A stretch of 64,000 nucleotides of DNA, from NCBI GenBank assembly GCA_038087875.1, contig CM075999.1:1118001-1182000 (forward strand), in the 5' to 3' direction. The notes below the pieces were generated by a model, which was not told the DNA's origin, did not search any database, and saw nothing but the letters and a program-made list of their open reading frames with translations. Shown here piece by piece: positions 23,851-35,475 of the stretch; position 1 is the stretch's first letter, and each line of letters starts with the position of its first letter. The stretch comes from Malacoraja senta (Eukaryota). A program made the position numbers and the translations under genes.

Positions 23851-24702
23851 GGATTGACTTGACTTGAAATGGATTGACTTAACTTGAAATGGATTGACTT
23901 GACTTGACTTGACTTGAAATGGATTAACTTCACTTGAAATGGAATGACTTGACGTGACTTGACTTGAAATGGAGTAACTTGACTTGAAATGGATTGACTT
24001 GACTTGAAATGGATAGACTTGAATTGATTGACTTCTGATTTGAGGAAGGACATTCTTGCTATTGAAGGAGTGCAGCATAGGTTTACAATGTTAATTCCCG
24101 GGATGGCAGGACTGTCATATGCTGAGAGAATGGAGCGGCTGGGCTTGTACACTCTGGTGTTTAGAAGAAAGAGAGGGGATCTTATTGAAACATATAAGAT
24201 TGTTAAGGGTTTGGACATGCTAGAGGCAGGAAACATATTCCTGATGTGATACATGATACATTTATTTGTCACATGTGCCAGATGGCACAGTGAAATATGT
24301 GATGTTGAGGGAGTCCAGAACCAGGGGCCACAGTTTAAGAATAAGGGGTAAGCCATTTAGAACGGAGGAGAGGAAACACTTTTTCTCACAGAGAGTTGTG
24401 AGTCTGTGGAATTCTCTGCCTCAGAGGGCAGTGGAGACCGGTTCTTTGGATACTTTCAAGAGAGAGCTAGATAGGGCTCTTAAAGATAGCGGAGTCAGGG
24501 GATATGAGGAGAAGGCAGGAACGGGGTACTGATTGGGGATAATCAGCCATGATCACATTGAATGGGGGTGCTGGCTCGAAGGGCAAAATGGCCTACTCCT
24601 GCACCTATTGTCTATTGTCTATTGATTGACTTGAAATGGATTGGCTTGACTTGAAATGGATTGACTTGACTGGAAATTGATTGACTTGACTGGAAATGGA
24701 TT
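23843..24702 (+). repeat. 20-bp satellite (GACTTGAAATGGATTGACTT)n split by a CR1 insertion
   Basis: Array at 23843-24034 resumes at 24621-24702. Confidence 0.9.
24035..24620 (+). mobile_element. CR1 3' fragment inside the Helitron satellite, itself carrying a ~52-bp inverted Rex1-type tail (24248-24299)
   Basis: LRKDILAIEGVQ.RFT..IPGM..RGDLIETYKI; flanking ATTGATTGACTT repeats; inner insert flanked by TGATGT. Confidence 0.8.
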
Positions 24703-24892
24703 GTTGGCCCTGTACTCACTGTGCTTGACTTGACCCACAACACCCATGCTAGCGCTCCAGAAAGCACCCCCCCCCCCCCCACCCACTGGCCAGCAATATT
24801 GGAACTGGTGCAGAGGTGGAATATTGCGTTGGGGGACCAGCCCTCTCGTGTGAAGCTGGGATTCAACGGGTCCCACTTAGTCTAGTTTCTCA

Positions 24893-25232
24893 ATAGAGTC
24901 ATAGAGACATATAGCGTGGAAACAGCCAATTTGGCACAACTTGCGCACACCTGCCAACATGTCCCAGCTGCACTAGCTCTACCTGCCTGCGTTTGGCCCA
25001 TATCCCGTCAAACCTGTCCTATCCATCCATGTACCTGTTTCTTTAACATTGCGATAGTCCCAGCCTCAACTACCTCCTCTGGCAGCTTGTTCCATACACC
25101 CACCACTCTTTGTGTATAAAGGTTACCCCTCGGATTCCTATTACATTTTTTCCCCTTCACCTTAAACCTATGTCATCTGATCCTCGATTCACCTACTCTG
25201 GACAAGAGACTCTGTGCATCTACCCAATCTCT
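24893..25232 (-). mobile_element. CR1-like 3' end
   Basis: Reverse complement of the family at 7160-7531 and 17035-17350. Confidence 0.7.
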
Positions 25233-26371
25233 TGCTCAACTACAATTTTTTCACAATCCTAGTAGGGCCTTTGATGGGTAAATATTGAGCTTTTTCCAAC
25301 AATGTGTCATATATACGGCGTGGCAGATGCTGATCATTGAAACAAACTAGCAGATGTGTTAATCTTTCTTAATTCAGCACCTAGAATAAGACGTCGTTGA
25401 TATTATTCTAGGAACTGAGATAAGAATAGCCACGTATATTATTTTCCCCATATTACGACAATGGCCATACTTCAAAGAAAGTATTTGTTGGGCGTAAATC
25501 ATTCTGCAGGTTGTGAAAGGCACAAGGTAAATGCAAGTCCTTCCTTACAAGGTATTGGAACAATGGGCCCTCTATTCTCCGGTTTCAATCCGAGTAAACA
25601 TAAGGTCATAAGGAATGGGAGTAGAATTAGGCCAAATGCAGTATGTATGGAGTTTGCACATTCTCTCTGTGACTGTGTGGGTTTTCACCGGGCGCTCCAG
25701 TTTCCTCCCACATTCCAAGGACATGCTGGTTTACAGGTTATTGGCTTCTGCAAATTGTCCCAAATGTGTAGGATGGAACTAGTGTACAGGGATCGCTGGT
25801 TAGGATTGGGTGGGCAGAAGAATAGTAAGATTAAATGAGAACTTACCAGTTTGAAGTTTGATCTTTATTTTATGAGGAGTTACGTTGGTGATTACGTGAA
25901 GAAGACCCGTCAGGGCACATGCGCGTCAATCTTCAAAGCAGCGGTATGAAATCACAGACAACACCATAATTGAAGTAACATATTAAGATGATCAACATGA
26001 GAACTACCATTATGACCTTTTTTCTATGAGAGAGGGTTGGGCGTGGCGGGCACGTAATCAACAACGTAACTCCTCATAAAATAAAGATCAAACTTCAAAC
26101 TGGTAAGTTCTCGTTTAATCTTACTATTTTACTTTGGAGTCACGTGAGTGACTACGTGAAGATTTTAAAGCTGTGATTTTTATGCCGCAGATCAAAATCC
26201 CGGCTTCTCACTGCATTGATTGACTCTGAGTATCATCAATAATGCTGTAAACATGACATTGCATATCATGCAAAAACAAAACAGTTCTATTTTTGGTCAT
26301 AAAACAACCAATAAACCCTCTTAATTTAGGGCAACAAACGAAACAGAATTAAACAGTACTGAAAACAGACT

Positions 26372-27350
26372 TTAAACAATAGCAACAGCACTCAATATTG
26401 AGGTGGCAAACAGCCCTCCATCGGCAATCGGCCGAGGGTAGTATTGCTGAAACACAAGTTCATTTTTCCAACCTGCGTCTTTTAATATATGGTCGATGGG
26501 AACATCCATCGCCCTGGCCACGGATGTTGCTACTACGCTAGTGGAATGAGATGTAAACACATAAATGTTAATACCTGGCTGAACCAACTCTTGCTTTAAC
26601 CACCTTGAGATAGTCTGAACTGCCACTCTTTTATGTTGGCTTCTTGTAACTGACAAATGATCCTGTTTCTTCTTGTCTTAAAGCCCTTGTGGCTTCAATG
26701 TAATGTAAGAAATGTGTCCTTACACATAAACATGGAGCTGTGGGATATGTTCAGAACACAATCTTAAATCCTGTCACACCTGGCCTGCTTTGTTTGAGCA
26801 GGTCATAAATATAAAACATAACATTTTCTGTAGTCACTTACATTCTATCTAACTGAAGTGTTTGGAAAGTCTGCACTCTCTGTGCTGACACCAATGCCAT
26901 TAGCATAGCCAATTTCATGGTTAATTTTAACAAAGTTATAGACGTGACAGGGACCGAATGACAAAGCATGTTAAGAACAACGCTTACATCCCAGATTACC
27001 ATATACCTAGGCTTAGGCGGTTTGGAATTAAAGATTCCTTCCATGAACCTAGATATGAGAGGGTGAGAACCTATACTTTGTGTCCATGTACCTATTACAA
27101 GATATGCCGACAAAGCACCTCTAGCTGTGTTGATAACACTATAGCTAAGACCCTCATCATAATAAAGTGTAGATAAACTCTAACACATTTTCAATAACTA
27201 CAGTATCATATTGAATATTCTTTTGAACACAATATTGTTCCCATTTTTTTTATTTTTTTTTCATAAGTCATATACTGCTTTTGAGTACTCTTTCTCCAGG
27301 CTGCAGTGAGTATATCCACCATTGGCCTAGAAAGTCCTGTAATGTAAGGC
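26372..27350 (-). pseudogene. DIRS tyrosine recombinase remnant
   Basis: KPPKPRY..IWDVSVVL, ALVSAQRVQT, TISRWLK, FTSHST, ILKDAGW...FQQYY; frameshifted. Confidence 0.85.
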
Positions 27351-27434
27351 ATTCTTACAAACCTGCAAATTAACAGATCAATACGATCACATAACGGATG
27401 AACTTAACGCGTTACTGGATGCTCCAGCAAATTC

Positions 27435-29110
27435 CTACTGTTTGGAATCATCAAAAGGAGGTTGGATCGCTATCTGTAACCTGAAAAGGAACCATGGTTG
27501 AATCGGGCAATTTGGTATCACCAAAACCCCTGAAGCGGCATCCTGCTTGATTTTCTCAAACACCATGAGGCAGAATGGTGGAAAAATGTACACAAACATA
27601 TCATCCCAATTTAGTGAAAAAGCATCAATTGCCACTGCCCCTGGATCTGGTTCCCATGAAACATATTTTGGCCTTCGATATAGAAGTACTATGTTCTTGA
27701 ACACATCCTGGTTCAACATCCACTCTGTATTATCACGTAATTTTCGTGACCTGCCATCTGGTACTACGTTAAGTTTCCCTGGCAGATAGATAGCTCCAAT
27801 CCAAATATCTCTATCCATACTCCAGGTCCAATTCTATTTGCCAACCTGTCACATGATAACGATTTGATTCCACCCATGTGATTCATATAAGCAACTGCTG
27901 TAGTGTTGTGTATTTTGCACTGCACATGCAAACTAGTTTTGTTAGTGCCATAAACCTTGAATCCATAAAATACTCTTGGTTAATTCCCCATGTTTGCAGA
28001 AGCAATGTCCATCTGTCTCCACAGCTGGATCTTGTATCAGTAGCACCCTACCCAAGTGCTCTGACATCGGTCTGCAAAATCATGGAAGCTTGGTCCAATA
28101 ACACTTTGGAACTACTAGTGGACACATGCCGAATCCCCCATTGTACATCAGCAACAGCCTCTATTGATAGAAGCATAGGTCTGTTATAATGACCCTAATG
28201 TATCCTCAGTGCTTGTTCCTTTGACCTTTGTAATTATAGATAATAAAGTGGCCATATTGAACTGCTGGAAATGCTGCCAGCAATTACCACAGCAGACTTG
28301 TCACCTGGCTAATTGAAGGCTGTGTGTCAGCAATTAACTTGATACAGCTCTTAATTAGCTCTACCCTTTTTTTGCCTGGGCAAGTTCACAATCATGTTGA
28401 TTAAGTCTATTGTGAACCCAACTAGTCAATTTGTGTCACAGGTATAAATTAGATTTCTCTGGATAGCTTATGAAGCCCAATTTAAAAATGGTTTTTACCA
28501 ACTGCCACTGATGCTTCAGCTGTTTCCTTTGATTGTCCTACAATCAAGATATTATCTAGTTAAGCCATGAGCACATGCCCTTGACTTCTCATCATGCCTA
28601 GAATAGGTTTTAACAACTTTGTAATCCCTCTAGGAGCTGAAGACAAACTATTAGGCAGTGCATTGTATTGCAATAATTGCCCCATCCAGCTGAATTTTAA
28701 ATCTTCTATCCTGCAAATGAACAGACACTGAATCCGTTTCTTTAAGATCTCCTTCACAAACATTTCCATCTTAAAATGTCTATACCCTACAAAAGGGTTA
28801 AGGCTATTCAGGTCCAGTATAATTCTGCATCCCCCATCCTTGCTTGGTCTGGGAAAGATATTGGACACAAACTGATGGCTTTGGTAAACTGCCTTAGCAA
28901 TTACACCTTTATTACATAAGCTTGCAAGTTCCAACTGAACTTCCAATTGTTCAGTAATACTGAAGTCAAACTCCTTTTTGGAACATGTTGCATGGGTAAA
29001 TCAGAATTTGCATTAAGCTTTGTTCGATATCCTTCTATAACCTTCAGTATAAACATATCTGAGGTATCACATTAGATCTGTCTACATGAGAACCAGACCC
29101 ACTTACCTCC
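27435..29110 (-). pseudogene. DIRS RT/RNase H/methyltransferase-like ORF remnant
   Basis: FVSNIF..KDGGCRIILDL..LN.FV..HFKME, LPNSLSSAPR, YLPGKLNVVPD, AIDAFSLNW..YIFPPF; multiple stops and frameshifts. Confidence 0.85.
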
Positions 29111-29875
29111 TTACCACCTGGCATTCTTCCCCGGCCTCGAGCTGGATATCTCACCTTACCTGGCGCTGCTACAGCCGAACGCCAACTGCGCTGCATCGTA
29201 GCTGGACTTGTCCCTTGCCCGGACCAGTCTCCTGGCTTATAGGGATACTTCCGCTTTGGTGAATATGTGGCTGCCGTCTTAGCCTCCTCCTCCAGCTCCT
29301 TCACCTGCTGTGCGAAATCCTCGCCAAACAGCTGTGCCGGTTGCACTGTGCCAGGCTGGCAGAGTGAAGCATATTTAGGATTGATGGTTGGTCTAATCGC
29401 AGTCTTGCGGAGGCAGTTGATCTCAAAGTGGGCACTCCACAATAGCGCCTTTTGTTGTAATTTGTCATGGCCTCTCCATCCAACATCCTGGCAAAGCTCG
29501 TTATACCAGATGCCAGCAACTTTAAAAATATGCTGGAGCTTCACATCCTCCTGGGCTCTCATTAGTATGCCCATCTTGCCCCAATTCTTCCTGTTCCCAA
29601 CAGGAACTTTTAACAGGCCACAGTTGATTGGGGCTTCATGCTTCCTTACTGTCTCATCCATTGTCAGCTCCTGTAGCTGATGTGAGACTTGGTCATTTAT
29701 GCTGGTGGCAAGTTCCTCACCCAGAGGCTCACCAGCGTCCGACGACATGGCAAACCGTGCTGCACACGGTGTCAGCTCTGACAGCTGCCTGCCCTCGCTT
29801 TGGAAGTCGTCGTCGGACTCAGGGTCAGAGCGTATCTGCCCTTCTGCACTCACCTCTTGCAAAGAGGGTGCTTTC

Positions 29876-30050
29876 AAGCAGGCCTCTACTAGGCACTGCC
29901 GGCGGAGCCTTCGCCATGGCCTCCCGCCCACACAACTCCTCCTGGAGTTGTGGCTTTGTGAAGCAGGCCTCTCCTAGGCACTGCCAGCGGAGCCGTTCCC
30001 ACGGCCTCCCGCCTGCACAACTCCACCTGGAGTGTGGCTTTGTGGAGCAG
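29876..30050. repeat. 84-85-bp tandem duplication within the DIRS gag region
   Basis: AAGCAGGCCTCT at 29876 and 29961, partial third unit at 30045. Confidence 0.85.
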
Positions 30051-30659
30051 CCCCTGTATGAGCTGCTCCTTTTGGATAACCGCTGGGGCACGGTATCCTG
30101 TCCTCGACGGGACTCTCCTGGCCCGAGTCTGCCGAGTCAATGGCCCTGATGACTTGCCTTTTGCCTACCGCCCGACTGGCGTTGGCTGTGTACCCGGCTG
30201 GGCACTTTGCCAAGTCTGTCGCCGCACCGCTACCGGCTTGCGACTCCCCAGAGGTGACAGGCTGCCTTTCAGAGACTGCGCTCCCGCAGCTCTCTCTCTC
30301 CTTGTCGGCAGCAGACCTGCACCTTTTCCTTGTTCCTGTATGTGGGGGAAAAAACACACAGAAACAATTTCTCTACTTTTTCCTAACTCCTCCAAAGTCT
30401 CCCCGACTTTGGTGGAGCTCTAAACGACTCACCTGCAGGAGGAGCTCCGTCTTCCTGCTGCCGGGCTCCAATGCGTCAGACGTAATGACGCGCATGCGCC
30501 CTGACGGGTCTTCTTCACGTAGTCACTCACGTGACTCCGAAGTAAAATTCTGTATCCACGCTGTATCTATCAACTCAATTAAACTAAAGTTATTCTTCCA
30601 CATTACGAACCCTACCTTGAGCCCATGAAACATTATGAACAACAGGAAGAGGAGTTGAC

Positions 30660-31085
30660 CAAGAGTCAAGAGTGTTTTATTGTCATGTGTCCCAAATAGG
30701 GCAACAGAATATGTAAATATAGTTAATAACAGGAGAAAGAAAAAAGTTCAGTGTGTGTATACACATGCACACATACTCAACTAATTACAAATATATTGCA
30801 ATAATAATAATAATAATAGTCTGTTGCAGATCAGAGCTTATTTGTTGTCAAGTTTAATAGCCTGATGGCTGTAGGGAAGAAGCTGTTCCAGAACCTGGAC
30901 GTTACAGTTTTCAGGCTCCTGTACCTTCTTCCCGATGGCAATGGTGAGGCCAGGATGGTGTTGGTCTTTGATGATGTTGGCTGCTTTTTTGAGGCAGCGA
31001 CTCCGATGATGGATCCCTTCGATGGTGGGGAGGTCAAAGCCGGCAATGGACTGGGCAGTGGTCACAACTTGTTGCAATCTTTCCC
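30660..31085 (-). mobile_element. Rex1/Babar-like 3' fragment
   Basis: LPSGRRYRSLKT.TSRF.NSFFPTAIRLLN; tail GACAATAAAACA(CTCTTG)n. Confidence 0.75.
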
Positions 31086-31364
31086 GCTCCTGGTCACCAC
31101 TGGTGTTTGCTTAGCAGAGCTCCTGGTTTTAAATTTCAATTTCCTGTACTTTCACTATCTTCGTACAGAGCAATCCTCTCTCTGCCTTTTAAAAACCTCA
31201 AGCGGTTTTCCATTTCCTGCTCTCTAGGAGCAATGATTTCCACATCCTTGCTTTTAAAACTTTTGGTCAGACATTGCATTTTATGATACGTATAGTACAG
31301 TAACAGGCTGTTCAACTCCATTGATCTATCCTGCTGTTCATGTTCAGACCAACCCTCTGCCCCC

Positions 31365-31837
31365 AGCTGATCTACATCGTTGAGACCAAGCGGAGGCTTG
31401 GCGATCGTTTCGCCGAACACCTCCGGTCGGTCCGCAATAACCAACCTGAACTCCCGGTGGCTCAGCACTTCAACTCCCCCTCCCATTCCGTATCTGACCT
31501 CTCTGTCCTGGGTCTCCTCCATGGCCACAGCGAGCAACACCGTAAATTGGAGGAAATGCACCTCATATTCCGCTTGGGCAGTCTACATCCTGGTGGCCTG
31601 AACATTGAATTCTCCCAATTCTGCTAGCCCTGGCTGTCCCCTCCCCTTCATCAGCCATCTGGTTGTCTCCTCCCCTCCCCCAGCCCTCGGGCTCCTCCTC
31701 CGCCTTTTCCTTTTTTCCTTTCTTCTCCCCACCCCCTATCAGTCTGAAGAAGGGTTTCGGCCTGAAACGTTACCTATTTCCTTCGCTCCATAGATGCTGC
31801 TGCACCCGCTGAGTTTCTCCAGCATTTTTGTGTACCT
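31365..31837 (+). mobile_element. 5'-truncated Penelope-like element (GIY-YIG endonuclease C-terminus plus terminal repeat)
   Basis: YI(V/G)ETKRRLGDRFAEHLRSV..PVAQHFNSPSH..RKLEE.HLIFRLGSLHPGGLNIEF; stop at 31627. Confidence 0.88.
31741..31774 (+). ncRNA. Minimal type I hammerhead ribozyme motif (Penelope-associated)
   Basis: CTGAAGA-A-GGG..CCT-GAAA-CG-TT; a cleaner GTC variant is at 59092-59120. Confidence 0.6.
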
Positions 31838-31858
31838 CTGCTCATTGTTCTTTATTTC

Positions 31859-32382
31859 ACTATTTTTTCACAACTCCAGAGGCACTTGGTTCGAACCTGA
31901 CCTTGGATGCTGTCTGCATGGGATTTGCACATTTTCCCTGCGACTGTGCAGATTTCTGTCAGGGTAATCTGATTTCTTCCCGCATCCCAAAGTCAGGCCA
32001 ATGACTACTTTAGATTGCCTCTTAGCACAAAAAGAATCGAAACGAAATGAATTTCACTATTTTCCTTGCTCATTGCTACAGAAAGAGGTTATTTGGTCTA
32101 TTTGGCCCATACAGCTCCCATCAATCCCATTCCTCCTCTGTGAATTTCCCTCTACACCTGCAACTTAATTTTCTTATCACCGTGCCCCATCAATTTCATT
32201 TCGATTCTTTTTGTGCTAAGAGGCAATCTAAAGTAGTCATTGGCCTGACTTTGGGACGCGGGATGAAACCAGATTACCCTGACAGAAATCTGCACAGTCA
32301 CAGGGAAAATGTGCAAATCCCATGCAGACAGCATCCAAGGTCAGGTTCGAACCAAGTGCCTCTGGAGTTGTGAAACAATAGT
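31859..32382. repeat. ~190-bp inverted duplication (arms 31859-32048 and 32193-32382)
   Basis: Arms are near-identical reverse complements of an old, diverged SINE copy; ~145-bp spacer. Confidence 0.9.
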
Positions 32383-32716
32383 ATTAACTGATGTGTGTGT
32401 ATTGTGTAGGAAGGAAATGCAGATGCTGGTTTAAACCGAAAATAGACACAAAAAGTAACTTAGCGGGTCAGGCAGCATCTCTGGAGAGAAGAAATGGGTG
32501 ATGTTTTGGGTTGAAACCCTTATTCAGACTCTTAAGCATATGAGGGAGAAGGCAGGCAAATGGGGTTGAGCGGGAAAGATAGATCAGCCATGATTTAATG
32601 CTGGAGTAGACTTGATGGGCTGAATGGTCTAATTCGGCTCCTATGACATGAACTATAAAGTAGATAAACTATAACTAACTGTGTGATTGTACTACTAACT
32701 TAGCTATGACCTTCTC

Positions 32717-33635
32717 GGGGGCGCCGTCCTGGTATGGCTGCCCAGCCTGCAGCTGTCCGTTTTCATCTTTTTTTTAATTTTTAGTTAGTTAGTTGTTTTA
32801 TTTTTAGGAGTTCTATTCTTTTTTATGTGGGGGGTGGGGGGGGGGGGGGAGGGGGAAACTACTTTCTAGGGTCCATACCTGGTCGGAGAGGCAGCTTTTC
32901 TCCGGGCTGCACTTTCGACCCGTCCTCGCGGCCTACCAGCGGGCCTGGAGCGGCGTTTCCTGAGGGGACCGCCCAGAACCTCGGCTTCGGCGGCGGCGCA
33001 GCGCTGGAACTCCGGTGAGCTGGGACCGCCGGTGAACATAGCGGAGCTGCGGGACTGTGGAGCGGTCAGCTGCGGGCGGCGGCACAGCGCTGGAGCGCTA
33101 TCGCGGAGTGGGTGATGCCTTGCCCGGGTCGCTGCGCTGGAACTCCGGTGAGCTGAGACCGCAGGTGAACATCGTGGAGCTGCGGGATTGTGGAGCGGTC
33201 AGCTGCGGGCGGCGGCGCTGAACTTTACATCGGGAGCCTGGGATCTCGCGACGAGATCGCCAGTGGTGGAGCTCCATCGAGCTTCGGAAGCCGCGGACTC
33301 AGGTAGGGAGACGGCCGTTCCAGGTGTCCCAAGCTGCTGAGAGGGTTCTCCCGACGCCGGAGCACCATCACCCGGCGAAGAAGGGCCTGTAACATCGGCC
33401 CCCGTAGCGGCGACTGTGGAGGCCTATATAGGCCAGACTATGGGTGGACAAGGGGATATGGACTGGACTTTGTGCCTTCTCCCACAGTGGGATCCATTGT
33501 GGGGGGATGTTTTTATGTTTTATGTTAAATTTCTTTAATGTTGTGTCTATTTGTGCTGCATGGCAAGAACAAATTTCACTACACCATTTGGTGTATGTGA
33601 CAATAAATGTCCTTTGTCCTTTGTCCTTTGTTGTC
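32717..33635 (+). mobile_element. GC/CpG-rich non-coding retroposon with a Rex1-type tail, apparently full length
   Basis: Starts GGGGGCGCC..ATGGCTGCC, ends GTGACAATAAA(TGTCCTT)n; candidate TSD CCTTCTC (32710-32716, 33636-33642); internal ~83-bp duplication. Confidence 0.65.
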
Positions 33636-34213
33636 CCTTCTCTCTCATATGTTTATCCTGGTTCAAACTAAGTCTCCCTGTGACCACGTGGGTTTTCTCC
33701 GGGTGCTCCGGTTTCCTCCCACGCTCCAAGGACGTACAGGTTTACAGGTTAACTGGCTTCTGTAAATTGTAAATTGTCCCTAGTATGTCGGATAGTGTTA
33801 GTGTACGGGGTGATCATTGGTTGGCGTGGGCTCGGTGGTCCGAAGGGCCTGTTCCCACGCTGTCCCTTCAAAGTCTAAAGTAAAGACTCAAGAGCAACAA
33901 AACTGGTGGCTGTTTTGTCGTTCTATTAATTTTTTTGGCATTGAAACTGAGCACCATAAATGGTCTGAAATGGCATCCTCCCTGTCCCAAGTGCAGTTGA
34001 AGAAGCAGTGAGCAATACTGCCTTTCTGTGCTCGGAACAACTCACGTGTGAGTTAGCTGTGGCTGGAGCTCGTTGACACACAGCTCGTGATCTGATCACA
34101 GATGGTGGAGAAGTAAGTCACAAATAGACCCCTTCGTGGACTCATCATGAATGACATGGTCTGAGATCACCTCAGCAGATTGTCTACATCTACAGTGTCC
34201 AACTGAGTCACGC

Positions 34214-34313
34214 CTATTGCATAAATTGAGTCGCGGGCAATGAAGGCATCAGGAGTGTGTGGCGATGCCTGGTCAGCACGTCGTCGATTGATTTAACTTC
34301 AGAAGTCAAGGAC
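34214..34313 (-). CDS. Weak candidate alternative terminal exon
   Basis: Acceptor TTTGCTTTGCTCTCCCTAG, then phase-2 frame SLTSEVKSIDDVLTRHRHTLLMPSLPATQFMQ*; unique, CpG-retaining DNA. Confidence 0.25.
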
Positions 34314-35030
34314 CTAGGGAGAGCAAAGCAAACTTGGAGCATCACTTGATATTATTTATTACCAGGCTGGAAAGTTCATGGCCACGGTCTCTGGGTGAGA
34401 ATGATCAGGATGTAATGGCTTTGCCAGCATGCTCCATCTATCATCAAACTGGGCTTTTTGAAAGGTATACGTGGTCATATTCATCTTGATTCCAACGTGG
34501 ATCAAAGTCTTTGGAAGCTAGAAAAGAGCTGGAACGTGGGCCACAGAGTTGCATGCTTTACTCCAGCCCAGAAGAAAGGTCTCGACCTAAAACGTTGTAT
34601 GGCCATTTCCTCCACACATGCTGCCCGACTGAGTTGCCCAGCAGCACTTTTTCTTTTGCTGTGGATTCCAGCATCTGCAGTCTCCAGCTCCTGTAGATGG
34701 ACACAAAAAGCTGGAGTAACTCAGCGGGACAGGCAGCATCTCTGGAGAGAAGGAGTGGGTGACGTTTCGGGTCGAGGCCCTTCTTCTGATGGAGGCTTGC
34801 AGCAACATTCTCAGTAGATCCTCACAATGTGCCAAGCCCTGAATTTAAGGCAGCAAGCATCAGAAATATTATCCTTAAATATCCCAAATCTTAAAGGCAT
34901 CGAGGAACAAAGGGCCTGAGTGATGGTGTGTGCATGAGCTCCACAATGCTGGGACTGTAGAGAATTGCTGGAAAAGCTGGTCTTAACCTTGGCTACGTCT
35001 CCATAGATATGAAGGAGATAAAATTGCTTA

Positions 35031-35475
35031 CGGGCCTGTCCCACTTGGCCGTTATTTACACGACAGCCGGAAGTGACTGACACGCGACGGTCGCGCGCGT
35101 CATCATGCGTCCGCACAGCCGTCTGGAGCGCGTGACGTCATTTGAAGATTGACACAAAATGCAGGAGTAACTCAGCGGGACCGGCAGCATCTCTGGAGAG
35201 AAGGAATGGATGATGTTTCGGGTCGAGATTCTGATCGTTTGCCTGCTTCTGCTGCTGTTGGAGGTGAGACGTTGCGCCACGCCTGGGTCTTGGGCCTGTC
35301 CCACTTTGGCCGTCAGTTACGCGACAGGCCGGTGGCGCGCGAAGATTTTGTGCAGGACGAAATCCACACTCCTCCACACCACTCCATGCGCCCGTCCCGC
35401 GCTGCCCACGCGCTACCCACACGCTAGCAGGTCGCGTAAATGGCGCGCGAATGATGGCCAAGTGTGACAGGCCCT
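35031..35475. mobile_element. PIF/Harbinger-type MITE (composite, with internal Penelope-like repeat)
   Basis: TIRs GGGCCTGTCCCACTTGGCC / GGCCAAGTGTGACAGGCCC; TTA on both sides. Confidence 0.75.

Larger units (their letters stand above)
23126..24885 (+). mobile_element. Non-autonomous Helitron
   Basis: 5' A|TCTATATAACTAAAAG, 3' CTAG|T, subterminal hairpin TGGGATTC-AAC-GGGTCCCA (24857-24875), no TSD, inserted between A and T. Confidence 0.75.
25821..30548 (-). mobile_element. DIRS1-type tyrosine-recombinase retrotransposon, full length, decayed
   Basis: Gag-RT-RNaseH-MT-YR remnants; ICR at 26051-26161 complementary to both ends; AAT at 25821-25823 and 30546-30548; inserted in a SINE 3' end. 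Confidence 0.92.

Noticed and set aside
23527..24034. Regular repeats as a CRISPR array
   Set aside because: Units are contiguous near-identical tandem copies with no unique spacers or cas genes, in a eukaryotic context
23229..24356. 375-aa ORF
   Set aside because: Chance read-through of antisense CR1 and satellite sequence
25821..26161. Inverted repeat as a standalone MITE (also 41320-41618)
   Set aside because: Explained as the DIRS right end pairing with its ICR
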